Part shown: one piece after another, positions 1 through 7,695 of the stretch | How positions within the stretch are numbered: the stretch's first letter is position 1 | Layout: the number at the start of each line of letters is the position of its first letter | Assembly: GCA_964013565.1 (NCBI GenBank) | Contig: CAXGWU010000012.1 | Span: forward strand, 8,008 to 40,007 | Length of the DNA stretch: 32,000 nt | Origin: an uncultured Oligoflexia bacterium | Lineage (GTDB): Bacteria > Bdellovibrionota > UBA1018 > UBA6935 | Reading direction: 5' to 3' | The notes under the pieces: generated by a model | Databases searched by the model: none | Seen by the model: only the letters and a program-made list of their open reading frames with translations | Told to the model about the DNA's origin: nothing | Position numbers and translations under genes: made by a program

Positions 1-153
1 CATCCCCAAAAGTTCAGACTCATCGCCCAGAAGAAAAAAATGAGAGGCGTCCTTGCCTCTAAAAAATGACAGATCATCTTTCTTATCATAAAATTTTTAG
101 AGAGTTAGAGCAATCTGTTCTATTTTTGACACCGATATGTATCTTTATGATAC

Positions 154-399
154 ATGGGGAGGATGATGAGATCAGCAGTAATTAAAAAAATTCGAGTAGT
201 AGCTAAAGAAGCTGCTTTTATTTATGGAGTATTTGAAGCGAATGAAGGAGTAACTGCGTATACCACTCTTCCTCATCAAGCAGGTGCTTTGTATCGTGAC
301 ATTGAATTGACGATTCCTCCTGATCAAATCGAGGAATTAAATGAGATACTTAAAGAATTATCTCAATCGATAGAGATAATCGAATTAAAAGGAGAATGA
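154..399 (+). CDS. small hypothetical protein (81 aa), possibly DUF4911-like
   Basis: ORF track. Stop TGA 397-399 lies 1 nt before the tldD ATG at 401, which suggests coupling. GGAGG at 158-162 is inside the ORF, so the true start (154, 163 or 166) is uncertain. The family name is recalled from the sequence pattern only. Confidence 0.5.
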   Translation: MGRMMRSAVIKKIRVVAKEAAFIYGVFEANEGVTAYTTLPHQAGALYRDIELTIPPDQIEELNEILKELSQSIEIIELKGE

Positions 400-400
400 A

Positions 401-1861
401 ATGACAAACTCGCCTTTAACTGTCGAGCTTAAAAAATGGACATCAAATCAAATTGATGTTTATAAAATTTTAGACTTAGCGTTAAGTCGAGGCGGTGGTG
501 TTGCCGAACTTTTCTTTGAACAAGTAGAGTCAAGTCGAATTTCTTATGAAGACAGTAAAGTTGATAAGGTTATTGAAGGGACTGATACGGGTGTCGCACT
601 TCGTATTATTCGAGATCATAAAACAACCCTTGGATATACGACAGATCTATCGGAATCTTCGTTGTTGGAACTTGCAAAACAGTTGTCACAATCATTGGAT
701 GGAGAGAGAACTCATTCTCCTCAAACACAGTGGACTTATCCTCATCAGATGAATTTAGAAATTTTGAATTACGATGTTAAAGAATCTCCTCAAGAAGCAT
801 CGATAGATACAAAAGTTCAATATTTGAAGGAAATAGACGAAGAATTAAGATCTAAACCGATTCACTTACGACAAGTGACTGCATTTTTCTTGGATTCGAA
901 AAGAAAAACATTAACTATAAATAGCGAAGGACTGGTTTCTCCTGTCTCAAAAACTTATCTTCAAGTTGGAGTACAGGCCGTTGGAGAAAAAGAAGGTCGT
1001 GTTGAATCTACTTACATTACAGAAGGTGGGTTTATTGGAATGGAGCTCCTTAAAGAGCACTCTCCAAGATCTTTAGCGATTAAAGCAGCGAATCGATTGT
1101 CCGTACTTCTTGATTCATCTCCTGCGCCTGCTGGGACGATGCCAGTGGTGATTTCTGCAGAAGCTGGAGGAACCATGGTTCATGAAGCCGTCGGGCATGG
1201 ATTAGAGGCTGATCTTGCATGTAATGGTCTCTCTGTTTATCAAGGAAAAGTCGGAAAAAAAGTCGCTTCAGATAAAGTTACTGTCATAGATGACGGAACT
1301 CTGTTGCAAAAACGAGGAAGTTACGCGTTTGATGATGAAGGAACTCCTTCGCGTCGTAATGTATTGATTGAGAATGGAATGCTAAAAGGATATATGGTCG
1401 ATCGGGTTTCAGCAATGAAGTTTGATTTGATGGCTACTGGAAATGGGAGAAGAGAGTCTTTTCGTCACAAACCCATTGTTCGAATGACTAATACGCTTAT
1501 TGCTCCAGGAGAAGATGACCCTGAACAGATTTTAAAAGAAACCGACTATGGTGTCTTTGTAAAAGGAATGGGGGGAGGACAGGTGAACACGGTGACTGGA
1601 GATTTTGTTTTTGCGGTCACAGAAGGGTATTTAATCCGAAATGGTGAAATTGCAGAACCTATTCGTGGAGCAACCCTTGTTGGAAATGGTCCTCAAGTTT
1701 TGATGGATGTTGATCGAGTTGGAACAGATTTAGGGTTTGTCACTGGGACTTGTGGGAAAGATGGTCAAGGAGCTCCCGTTACCGATGCTCAACCGACTCT
1801 TAGAATTCCTCGTTTGACTGTTGGGGGAGAGGTTCCAATGGAAACCTACTTTAAAAAATAG
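401..1861 (+). CDS. tldD: TldD-family zinc metalloprotease
   Basis: 486 aa, the typical TldD length. HEAVGHGLE (HExxxH) metal-binding motif. TldD/PmbA-like N-terminal (GVALRII...LGYTTD) and C-terminal (TGDFVFAVTEGYLIRNGE) patterns. Confidence 0.9.
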   Translation: MTNSPLTVELKKWTSNQIDVYKILDLALSRGGGVAELFFEQVESSRISYEDSKVDKVIEGTDTGVALRIIRDHKTTLGYTTDLSESSLLELAKQLSQSLDGERTHSPQTQWTYPHQMNLEILNYDVKESPQEASIDTKVQYLKEIDEELRSKPIHLRQVTAFFLDSKRKTLTINSEGLVSPVSKTYLQVGVQAVGEKEGRVESTYITEGGFIGMELLKEHSPRSLAIKAANRLSVLLDSSPAPAGTMPVVISAEAGGTMVHEAVGHGLEADLACNGLSVYQGKVGKKVASDKVTVIDDGTLLQKRGSYAFDDEGTPSRRNVLIENGMLKGYMVDRVSAMKFDLMATGNGRRESFRHKPIVRMTNTLIAPGEDDPEQILKETDYGVFVKGMGGGQVNTVTGDFVFAVTEGYLIRNGEIAEPIRGATLVGNGPQVLMDVDRVGTDLGFVTGTCGKDGQGAPVTDAQPTLRIPRLTVGGEVPMETYFKK

Positions 1862-1901
1862 TCTAATAAAGAGGCATTTTTTTTGCACATCTTTAAATAA
1901 G

Positions 1902-2912
1902 ATGTGGTGTTGGTTTTTTATATTTTTATTGATTTTGTATTCTTTTGATCAGCTTTTAAGTGGGGGGCTTGAGTTTCGTAGAAACTTAAGATTTGAACCC
2001 AATGGGGTGGTCTTTAAGGGAATGGAACTTACTCTATTTGATATTGAGGAAAGGTTAAAGGTAGGAGTGGTTCCAGAAGAGGAGCAGTGGAAATTGGTAG
2101 GTGAGTTTCCTTCTCCATGGGGCAGTTTAATGAGTACTCTTATTTCTCAAGTAAGAGACTCTGGTTTACGTGTATTGCCTATTCTGACTCGTTTTCGAAT
2201 GCTTGTGAGGCAATGGCTAGAGCAAAGACAAAAGGCTGCGGCGCAAACAGCATCTTCTTGGGTTCAAACAGGTATTTGTTTATTTATTTCTCCTTTTCTT
2301 GGTGTGTTTTTACTCGTTTGGATTCCTCTTTTGTCTGAGTTTATATTTGAATGGGTGATGGTAGTTTTGATTTGTACCTTTTTGTGTGGAATTGCTGGAT
2401 TTCAGATTTTAAAATTGTCTCAGAATGCTCGATATGGAGGGATATCTTCTTCTCGAAGAAGCTGGCTTCTTTGTTCATTTGTTTTTCCTGAGTATCTAAT
2501 TGCTCAAATTCAAGGAGGGGTCACTCCAGATTTCGCGTGGGAAATAATGATCAGACAATTAAAAAACATAGATCCCGATTTAGCTCATTTTTGGGGACCT
2601 CAGATTTGGAATGAAGATATACAAACAGTTCAGTTTGACTCACATTTAGAAGAAAGAATATCTCAGTTTGGATGTTCAATGAAAAGAACAATTCAGTACT
2701 CTCTTATCGAAGGAGTAGGAGTATTTGAGCGTCTTGAATCAACTTTAAATTCTTTTAAACAAGAAACTGAACTTGGAATAGAAAAAGAATTGAATTTACT
2801 TTCAACTCGAGTTTTTAAGCCACTCTATTTATTAGTAGCTCCAGCTATCTTATTTGAGTTTTTTGCTGGAATTGGAATGATGTTTATAAAAGAAATGAAG
2901 TTTTTAGAGTGA
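1902..2912 (+). CDS. polytopic inner-membrane protein with two T2SSF-like (TadB/TadC/GspF-type) half-domains
   Basis: The track ORF starts at 1821 inside tldD. The first ATG after the tldD stop is 1902 (MWCWFFIFLL...). Two segments each end in a hydrophobic PL/PF..L stretch after an amphipathic G..V/L..L helix (SGLRVLPILTRFR...AAAQTASSW...; EGVGVFERLESTL...STRVFKPLYLLVAPAIL), as in T2SSF platform proteins. It converges on the cpaF-like gene. No clear SD. Confidence 0.5.
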   Translation: MWCWFFIFLLILYSFDQLLSGGLEFRRNLRFEPNGVVFKGMELTLFDIEERLKVGVVPEEEQWKLVGEFPSPWGSLMSTLISQVRDSGLRVLPILTRFRMLVRQWLEQRQKAAAQTASSWVQTGICLFISPFLGVFLLVWIPLLSEFIFEWVMVVLICTFLCGIAGFQILKLSQNARYGGISSSRRSWLLCSFVFPEYLIAQIQGGVTPDFAWEIMIRQLKNIDPDLAHFWGPQIWNEDIQTVQFDSHLEERISQFGCSMKRTIQYSLIEGVGVFERLESTLNSFKQETELGIEKELNLLSTRVFKPLYLLVAPAILFEFFAGIGMMFIKEMKFLE

Positions 2913-2993
2913 ATTCTTTTTTTGAAGAAATAATAAGTACACTTTTTTGGATTTTAGTAGTGGGAAGTATTCTTTTTGGACATCCTTGGTATT

Positions 2994-3929
2994 TTAATTT
3001 GTTATCATTCTTTTAATTTCAATATCATTTTCTTTCCAAGAAATTGATGATACTTCATTTATTTTTCTTCCTTCAGGACTACGAGAAACTTGAATAATCC
3101 AATGAATTCCGTGTCCGATCAGATTTTTAATAACTGATATAGGAATTGCTCCTTTTGCGGCAATTAAACAAAGAAGTTCAATTCTTTGTACAGCTTCTTG
3201 AGTCGAGTTTGAATGAATGGTTGCGATCGTTCCATCATGACCTGTATTTAACGATTGAAGTAAATCAAGAACTTCTTCTCCTCTACATTCTCCGAGAAGA
3301 ATTCGATCAGGTCTCATTCTTAAAGTTTGTTTTAAAAGTTGATTTAAAGATACTGCTCCATATCCGTCTACAGAAGAGGGACGACTTAAAAGTCGAATAA
3401 AATGATTATGGTGTGGAGAAAGTTCCGCTGTATCTTCTAGTGCAATAATTCTCTCCTCGGTAGGAATTTCTTCAATAAGTTCTTTCATTAATGTTGTTTT
3501 TCCACTCCCGGTTGCTCCTGAAATGAGTATGTTTTTTTTATTAATGACTTGTTTTTTTAAAAATAAGTAAAAAGGATCATTGATCCATTTTTTATTAATT
3601 TTTATTTTTTTATGAAAATTTGAAAGTTTTCTAATAGAAATTAATGGACCTGGAGAAGCGAGTGGTTCAAAGGCAATATGAACTCTAAGACAGTTATCGA
3701 TCGATAGGTCTACGAAAGGGAATTGTGCATTCCAGCTTTTTCCCAATAATGATAAAAGTTGAATAATCCAAGAATGAATTTCTAGTTCAAGTTCGTTGGT
3801 GGATCGAGTCATTCCACTTCCGTTGTCGTAATAGAGATTACCATTGCCATTGATACAAATATCAGTGACCTCAGGAGAATTAAGTAAAATTTGTATTGAT
3901 TCCGGCCAATCTACTTGAGTGCGTTCCAT
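2994..3929 (-). CDS. cpaF: CpaF/TadA-family (T2SSE/VirB11-like) secretion ATPase, short form (311 aa)
   Basis: Walker A GATGSGKTT. Asp box RIIALEDTAEL. Walker B/His box RMRPDRILLGECRGEEVLDLLQSLNTGHDGTIATIHSNS. It lacks the long N-terminal domain of typical CpaF. The start overlaps the secretin stop by 19 nt. Confidence 0.85.
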   Translation of the reverse strand: MERTQVDWPESIQILLNSPEVTDICINGNGNLYYDNGSGMTRSTNELELEIHSWIIQLLSLLGKSWNAQFPFVDLSIDNCLRVHIAFEPLASPGPLISIRKLSNFHKKIKINKKWINDPFYLFLKKQVINKKNILISGATGSGKTTLMKELIEEIPTEERIIALEDTAELSPHHNHFIRLLSRPSSVDGYGAVSLNQLLKQTLRMRPDRILLGECRGEEVLDLLQSLNTGHDGTIATIHSNSTQEAVQRIELLCLIAAKGAIPISVIKNLIGHGIHWIIQVSRSPEGRKINEVSSISWKENDIEIKRMITN

Positions 3930-5380
3930 GGATAGTCTTTGCTTTCTTTGAGTTGTTGAATTTTTTTTGGAGTCATCCAGTTTCGTGGCGGAGGGATTGT
4001 TCCTTTGGGAAAATCAAAAAACGAATTTCGATGATTTAGGTTTTTAAGAGAAGTGAGATGAGGAATGAGTGCAACAATGAGTTCAGATTCGTCATTTTGG
4101 TAATGAGTACTTCCAAAAAGTTTTCCAAAAACCGGAATTTGTGAAAAAAAAGAAATTCCTTTTTTGTTTTCTTTTACTCTCTCGTGGAGAAGTCCGCAGA
4201 GTAGAATCGGTCTTCCATAGAAGGCTTCTACCTCAGTTTTTAAGTGATTAGATCTAATTCCAGGAATATCTTCTGGACCAATTTGGTAATCAAGTTCACT
4301 CATTTTTGCATCTATTTTAAATCTTACTTGTTGAAGAGAAGATGTTGTTGCATCGATTTCGAGTTGGAGTCCATATTTTTTCCAGTTGACTTGTGTAGCG
4401 AAACGGCTTTGAAGTTTTATAGGAAGTTCACCTCCAGAAAATAAAGACGCTTTTCCAGGAGTTCGTATAGAGATTTCAGGTTGAGAAAGAACTTGTAGAA
4501 TTCCTTTGTTCTTCAATAGATTAATTTTTCCTAGAAATTCAAATTGAAAAGAAAGTCCAGCAGGGTCAACTTTTAAAAGTTCAGCTCCTCCTGTTGGCCA
4601 GTCAATGCCCACACTGCTTAGGGTGGATCGGTCGACTTCTAAAATATAAACTTTAAAAAAAATATTTGGACCGTCCGAAAAATTTTTAGAAATGATTTTA
4701 ATCATCGGAAAGCTTTTTTTAATCTCAGAAACCCATTGATTAAACCCTGTTTTTTCTAGCGGATTTTCAGGAGATTGAGTAAAAATTACTAAATCGTGTG
4801 GAGTTGTATTTATTTGAATGTTTCGTCGAAAATGCGAATTTACTATTTGAGTATTTAATCGAGATAGAATTTTTTCTTTTAGTGTTTCTGACCATTGAAG
4901 ATCGGATTGGATTTTCTTCGGGTATTGATTTTTTAAGAGAGAAGCGACTTCAGCTTCTTCCCAATTATGCAGAGTTCCTTTGAGTAAATATCCTTTAGTT
5001 GTGGGGATAACGTTAATGTGAGGTAATTGGTCGATTAGAAAGTTTATTGTTCGGTCATATTTTTTTTGTTTTTTCCAAGGAAAAACTTCTATGGTTCTTT
5101 GAATTCCTTTTCCATCCGTTGTCCATATCCATAGAGAAGTTATTCCTGGGGTAATTCCCTTTAAGCTTAGCGTGTTTTTGGAGTGAGAAGAGAGTTCTTC
5201 TGGAAGGGGGATCGCGCGGACTATTTTTGAACCGATTGAGAATTTTTTGAGATTTTCGATGGATAGAATTCTTTGTTCTCCGACGCCTAAGCTCAGAGGA
5301 TATTGTTGTTGGATATTAAAGCCATAGACCGGATTCCAAAGAGCAAAAAAACTGAGCAAAAGCCATAAAGTGAGTTTCAT
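3911..5380 (-). CDS. cpaC: outer-membrane secretin, CpaC/RcpA-like
   Basis: Signal peptide MKLTLWLLLSFFALWNPVYG. N-terminal pilus-secretin N-domain-like segment (GEQRILSIENLKKFSIGSKIVRAIPL). C-terminal secretin core (LSQPEISIRTPGKASLFSGGELPI ... IPVFGKLFGS ... ELIVALIPHL). Confidence 0.85.
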   Translation of the reverse strand: MKLTLWLLLSFFALWNPVYGFNIQQQYPLSLGVGEQRILSIENLKKFSIGSKIVRAIPLPEELSSHSKNTLSLKGITPGITSLWIWTTDGKGIQRTIEVFPWKKQKKYDRTINFLIDQLPHINVIPTTKGYLLKGTLHNWEEAEVASLLKNQYPKKIQSDLQWSETLKEKILSRLNTQIVNSHFRRNIQINTTPHDLVIFTQSPENPLEKTGFNQWVSEIKKSFPMIKIISKNFSDGPNIFFKVYILEVDRSTLSSVGIDWPTGGAELLKVDPAGLSFQFEFLGKINLLKNKGILQVLSQPEISIRTPGKASLFSGGELPIKLQSRFATQVNWKKYGLQLEIDATTSSLQQVRFKIDAKMSELDYQIGPEDIPGIRSNHLKTEVEAFYGRPILLCGLLHERVKENKKGISFFSQIPVFGKLFGSTHYQNDESELIVALIPHLTSLKNLNHRNSFFDFPKGTIPPPRNWMTPKKIQQLKESKDYPWNALK

Positions 5381-5491
5381 GAGAGGGAACTGAGCAAAAT
5401 AAAGGCCAATTGAGTTGAGAGGAACCTCTAGTTTGCTGGAGTTAGTCAGTAAAGCATTGTTTTGTTTGTCTTTTTAAAAAAAATCAAATAA

Positions 5492-5521
5492 TTGACATTT
5501 CATGTGTAAACACGCTAAATA
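5492..5521 (+). promoter_or_regulatory. sigma-70-type promoter candidate (TTGACA-N18-TAAATA or N17-CTAAAT)
   Basis: Perfect -35 TTGACA at 5492-5497 and an AT-rich -10 at 5515-5521, about 27 nt upstream of the SD/ATG of the 41-aa ORF. It follows an A/T-rich UP-like tract (5470-5490). Confidence 0.4.
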
Positions 5522-5547
5522 ACAAAACTTAATATTCTGGAGGAATT

Positions 5548-5673
5548 ATGGCTTCTGATGCTTTACGTACATATAACCGTAGAAAAAATAAAAAATCGAA
5601 AACAGGAAAAAAACGAAAAAGCGAAAATGAAAACAAGGGAACTACACCTAAGTTTCCTATTCACAAAGATTAG
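5548..5673 (+). CDS. unannotated small highly basic protein (41 aa: MASDALRTYNRRKNKKSKTGKKRKSENENKGTTPKFPIHKD)
   Basis: Hand-translated, and below the ORF-track size cut-off. GGAGG at 5539-5543 lies 4 nt before the ATG at 5548. A consensus-like promoter sits just upstream. It ends 74 nt before metK. Confidence 0.4.
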   Translation: MASDALRTYNRRKNKKSKTGKKRKSENENKGTTPKFPIHKD

Positions 5674-5747
5674 TTTTTGTATTTAGGCTTTAAATTTTAA
5701 TTATTTGTATAGCGCGCCACAAAAAGTTCGTTTAGGGGGAAACATTT

Positions 5748-6911
5748 ATGGCTGGAAATTATTTATTTACTTCTGAATCAGTAACAGAAGGACATCCTGA
5801 TAAAATTGCGGATCAGATCTCAGACTCCGTTTTGGATGCTTTTTTAGAGCAAGACCCTGCTTCGCGGGTTGCTTGTGAGACTTTGATTACCACAGGCCTT
5901 GTTGTTCTAGCTGGTGAGGTGACGACCAATGCTCAAGTTGACTTTCAGTCTGTTGTTCGTGATCGTATCCGTGAGATTGGTTATGACTCTTCTGAAAAAG
6001 GATTCGATTGTGATACCTGTGCGGTCATGGTTTCTTTAGACAGGCAATCTCCTGATATTTCAAAAGGGGTTACTACTGGAGACGGTGATTTTAATAGTGA
6101 TGAGCAGGGAGCCGGTGATCAAGGACTCATGTTTGGTTATGCGATCAATGAGACAGACACATTAATGCCTTTGACGACTCATCTTGCGCAAACAATGTCT
6201 CGTCGCCTGACTGAAGTGAGAAAATCAAAAGTTCTTCCATTTTTGAGGCCAGATGGAAAAACACAGGTCACCGTTGAATACGTGGATGGTAAACCTCGAA
6301 GGGTTGACGCAGTCGTTGTGAGTTCTCAGCATGACGAAAAAGTGTCTCAAAAAGATTTAAGAGAGGCAATTATCGAAGAGGTTGTTAAGAAAACGCTTCC
6401 TCATGAATATATTGACTCTAAGACTAAATATTTTATTAACCCAACTGGACGTTTTGTTATCGGTGGCCCAATGGGGGATTGTGGTCTTACTGGTCGTAAA
6501 ATCATTGTTGATACTTACGGTGGTCATGGAGCTCATGGTGGAGGTGCTTTTTCTGGAAAAGACCCTTCTAAGGTAGATCGCTCAGCAGCATATGCTGCAC
6601 GTTATGTTGCTAAGAATCTAGTTGCTGCAGGAATGGCTGATCGCTGTTTGGTTCAGCTTGCATATGCGATTGGGGTTCCAGAACCAATGAGTATTAATAT
6701 CGAAACTTTTGGTACAGAAAAAGTTCCAGTTGAAAAAATGCAGACTGCGGTGAAAGAGCTTTTTCAGCTCAAGCCTCAAGGAATTGTGACGAGTCTAGAT
6801 TTACTTCGTCCAATATACGCTAAAACTGCTGCGTATGGTCATTTTGGAAGAACCGATATTGATCTTTCTTGGGAACAACTTGATAAAGTTTCGGCAATAC
6901 AGGGGTTATAA
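5748..6911 (+). CDS. metK: S-adenosylmethionine synthetase
   Basis: 387 aa with hallmark MetK motifs: [78 protein letters not shown] lies upstream of the ATG. Confidence 0.97.
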   Translation: MAGNYLFTSESVTEGHPDKIADQISDSVLDAFLEQDPASRVACETLITTGLVVLAGEVTTNAQVDFQSVVRDRIREIGYDSSEKGFDCDTCAVMVSLDRQSPDISKGVTTGDGDFNSDEQGAGDQGLMFGYAINETDTLMPLTTHLAQTMSRRLTEVRKSKVLPFLRPDGKTQVTVEYVDGKPRRVDAVVVSSQHDEKVSQKDLREAIIEEVVKKTLPHEYIDSKTKYFINPTGRFVIGGPMGDCGLTGRKIIVDTYGGHGAHGGGAFSGKDPSKVDRSAAYAARYVAKNLVAAGMADRCLVQLAYAIGVPEPMSINIETFGTEKVPVEKMQTAVKELFQLKPQGIVTSLDLLRPIYAKTAAYGHFGRTDIDLSWEQLDKVSAIQGL

Positions 6912-7011
6912 GAGCAGTTTAAAAAATGGGTGAGGCCTAGATTCAGAAAAGTTGCTTCAGGTCGTTTTATGATATTGAAAAGAGATTCTCTCTTTTTTAG
7001 GATGTAGGCTC

Positions 7012-7230
7012 ATGCATTATATTTTTTCACTTGCTCGTATTTTTCCTTTTTGGGCTTTGCCTTTAGCTTTTGTTTTAGCTGAACTGGGCGTTTATTTTCG
7101 AAGGCGAAATAGCTCTTCTCAGTTTGTTTGTTGGGGAATGGTTGCTTTTTTGGGTATTTTAACGATCTGTTGGTTTATTTTTCGAGGCGACTTGAATTCC
7201 GATTATTGGATAAAGAGTTTCGAGAGGTAG
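7012..7230 (+). CDS. small two-TM membrane protein (72 aa), hypothetical
   Basis: ORF track. Two hydrophobic spans (FPFWALPLAFVLAELGVYF and FVCWGMVAFLGILTICWFIF) separated by RRRNSS. Weak SD. No recognisable family. Confidence 0.4.
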   Translation: MHYIFSLARIFPFWALPLAFVLAELGVYFRRRNSSSQFVCWGMVAFLGILTICWFIFRGDLNSDYWIKSFER

Positions 7231-7441
7231 ATAAAATTCTGACATAAGGTGTCAAAACGCTCCCATGAACCTCTCTTGACAAAACTCATTTTAAATAAAC
7301 TGATGTTGTTTTGGCTATTTTCTGTACTTTTGGTCAAAAAAAAATCAATTGATGCCTTTTATATAAAATAAGTAATATCAAATAGTTATATCTAATGCTT
7401 GAAGAAGGCGTTAAAAAAATTTCGATCTTTTGGAAATAATT

Positions 7442-7470
7442 TTGACAGCGCGGTAAAAACTCCTTAGCCT
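7442..7470 (+). promoter_or_regulatory. weak sigma-70-type promoter candidate (TTGACA-N17-TAGCCT)
   Basis: Perfect -35 at 7442-7447 with a 17-nt spacer. The -10 TAGCCT keeps only the T1/A2/T6 positions. It would give a leader of about 220 nt before the activator ATG at 7696. Confidence 0.25.
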
Positions 7471-7631
7471 TTTTATGTGGACGTCGTTTGAACTGACGTT
7501 TGATGGTCATTTACGAAGATTTCTAGGACGAATGAAACGTAAGTAGCATGACCTTAATACGTTAGGACGTTTCAGATTCGGTGCAAGGGATAGCGCAAAA
7601 AGATTGCCTCTCCCTGGCAAATGGAAAGGCC

Positions 7632-7658
7632 GGTATTTCCTCTTAAAAAGGAAATACC
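7632..7658 (+). promoter_or_regulatory. perfect 10-bp hairpin (GGTATTTCCT-cttaaaa-AGGAAATACC) in the leader of the activator gene; attenuator/terminator-like
   Basis: Read directly from the sequence. It is followed by ATTTATTG and lies 37 nt upstream of the SD-supported ATG at 7696. Confidence 0.35.
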
Positions 7659-7695
7659 ATTTATTGAACACTCAAGGAAGGGTAAGGGGGCACTG

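Noticed and set aside
1-69. Frame-1 open stretch ending at TGA 67-69 (…HPQKFRLIAQKKKMRGVLASKK*) as the 3' end of an upstream gene
   Set aside because: Only 22 codons are visible, with no motif. It cannot be told apart from chance.
1821-1901. N-terminal extension of the T2SSF-like ORF into the tldD 3' end
   Set aside because: The extension is the alternative frame of tldD plus the intergenic spacer. The first hydrophobic N-terminus with an ATG begins at 1902.
2935-2980. Imperfect direct repeat AAGTA(CA/TT)CTTTTT(T)GGA x2 in the convergent gap between the platform and ATPase genes
   Set aside because: It is short, T-rich and imperfect. Neither copy forms a convincing terminator hairpin. It is noted only because no clear terminator was found in this 81-nt gap.
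5674-5747. Possible SAM riboswitch in front of metK
   Set aside because: I could not fit the 74-nt spacer to the SAM-I, SAM-II or SAM/SAH architectures I remember. It needs an Rfam covariance-model scan before any claim.
7621-7695. 25-codon N-terminal extension of the GAFTGA-less activator
   Set aside because: No SD precedes 7621. The segment is occupied by a perfect 10-bp hairpin. ATG 7696 has AAGGGGG 5 nt upstream and gives an N-terminus aligned with the other EBP.
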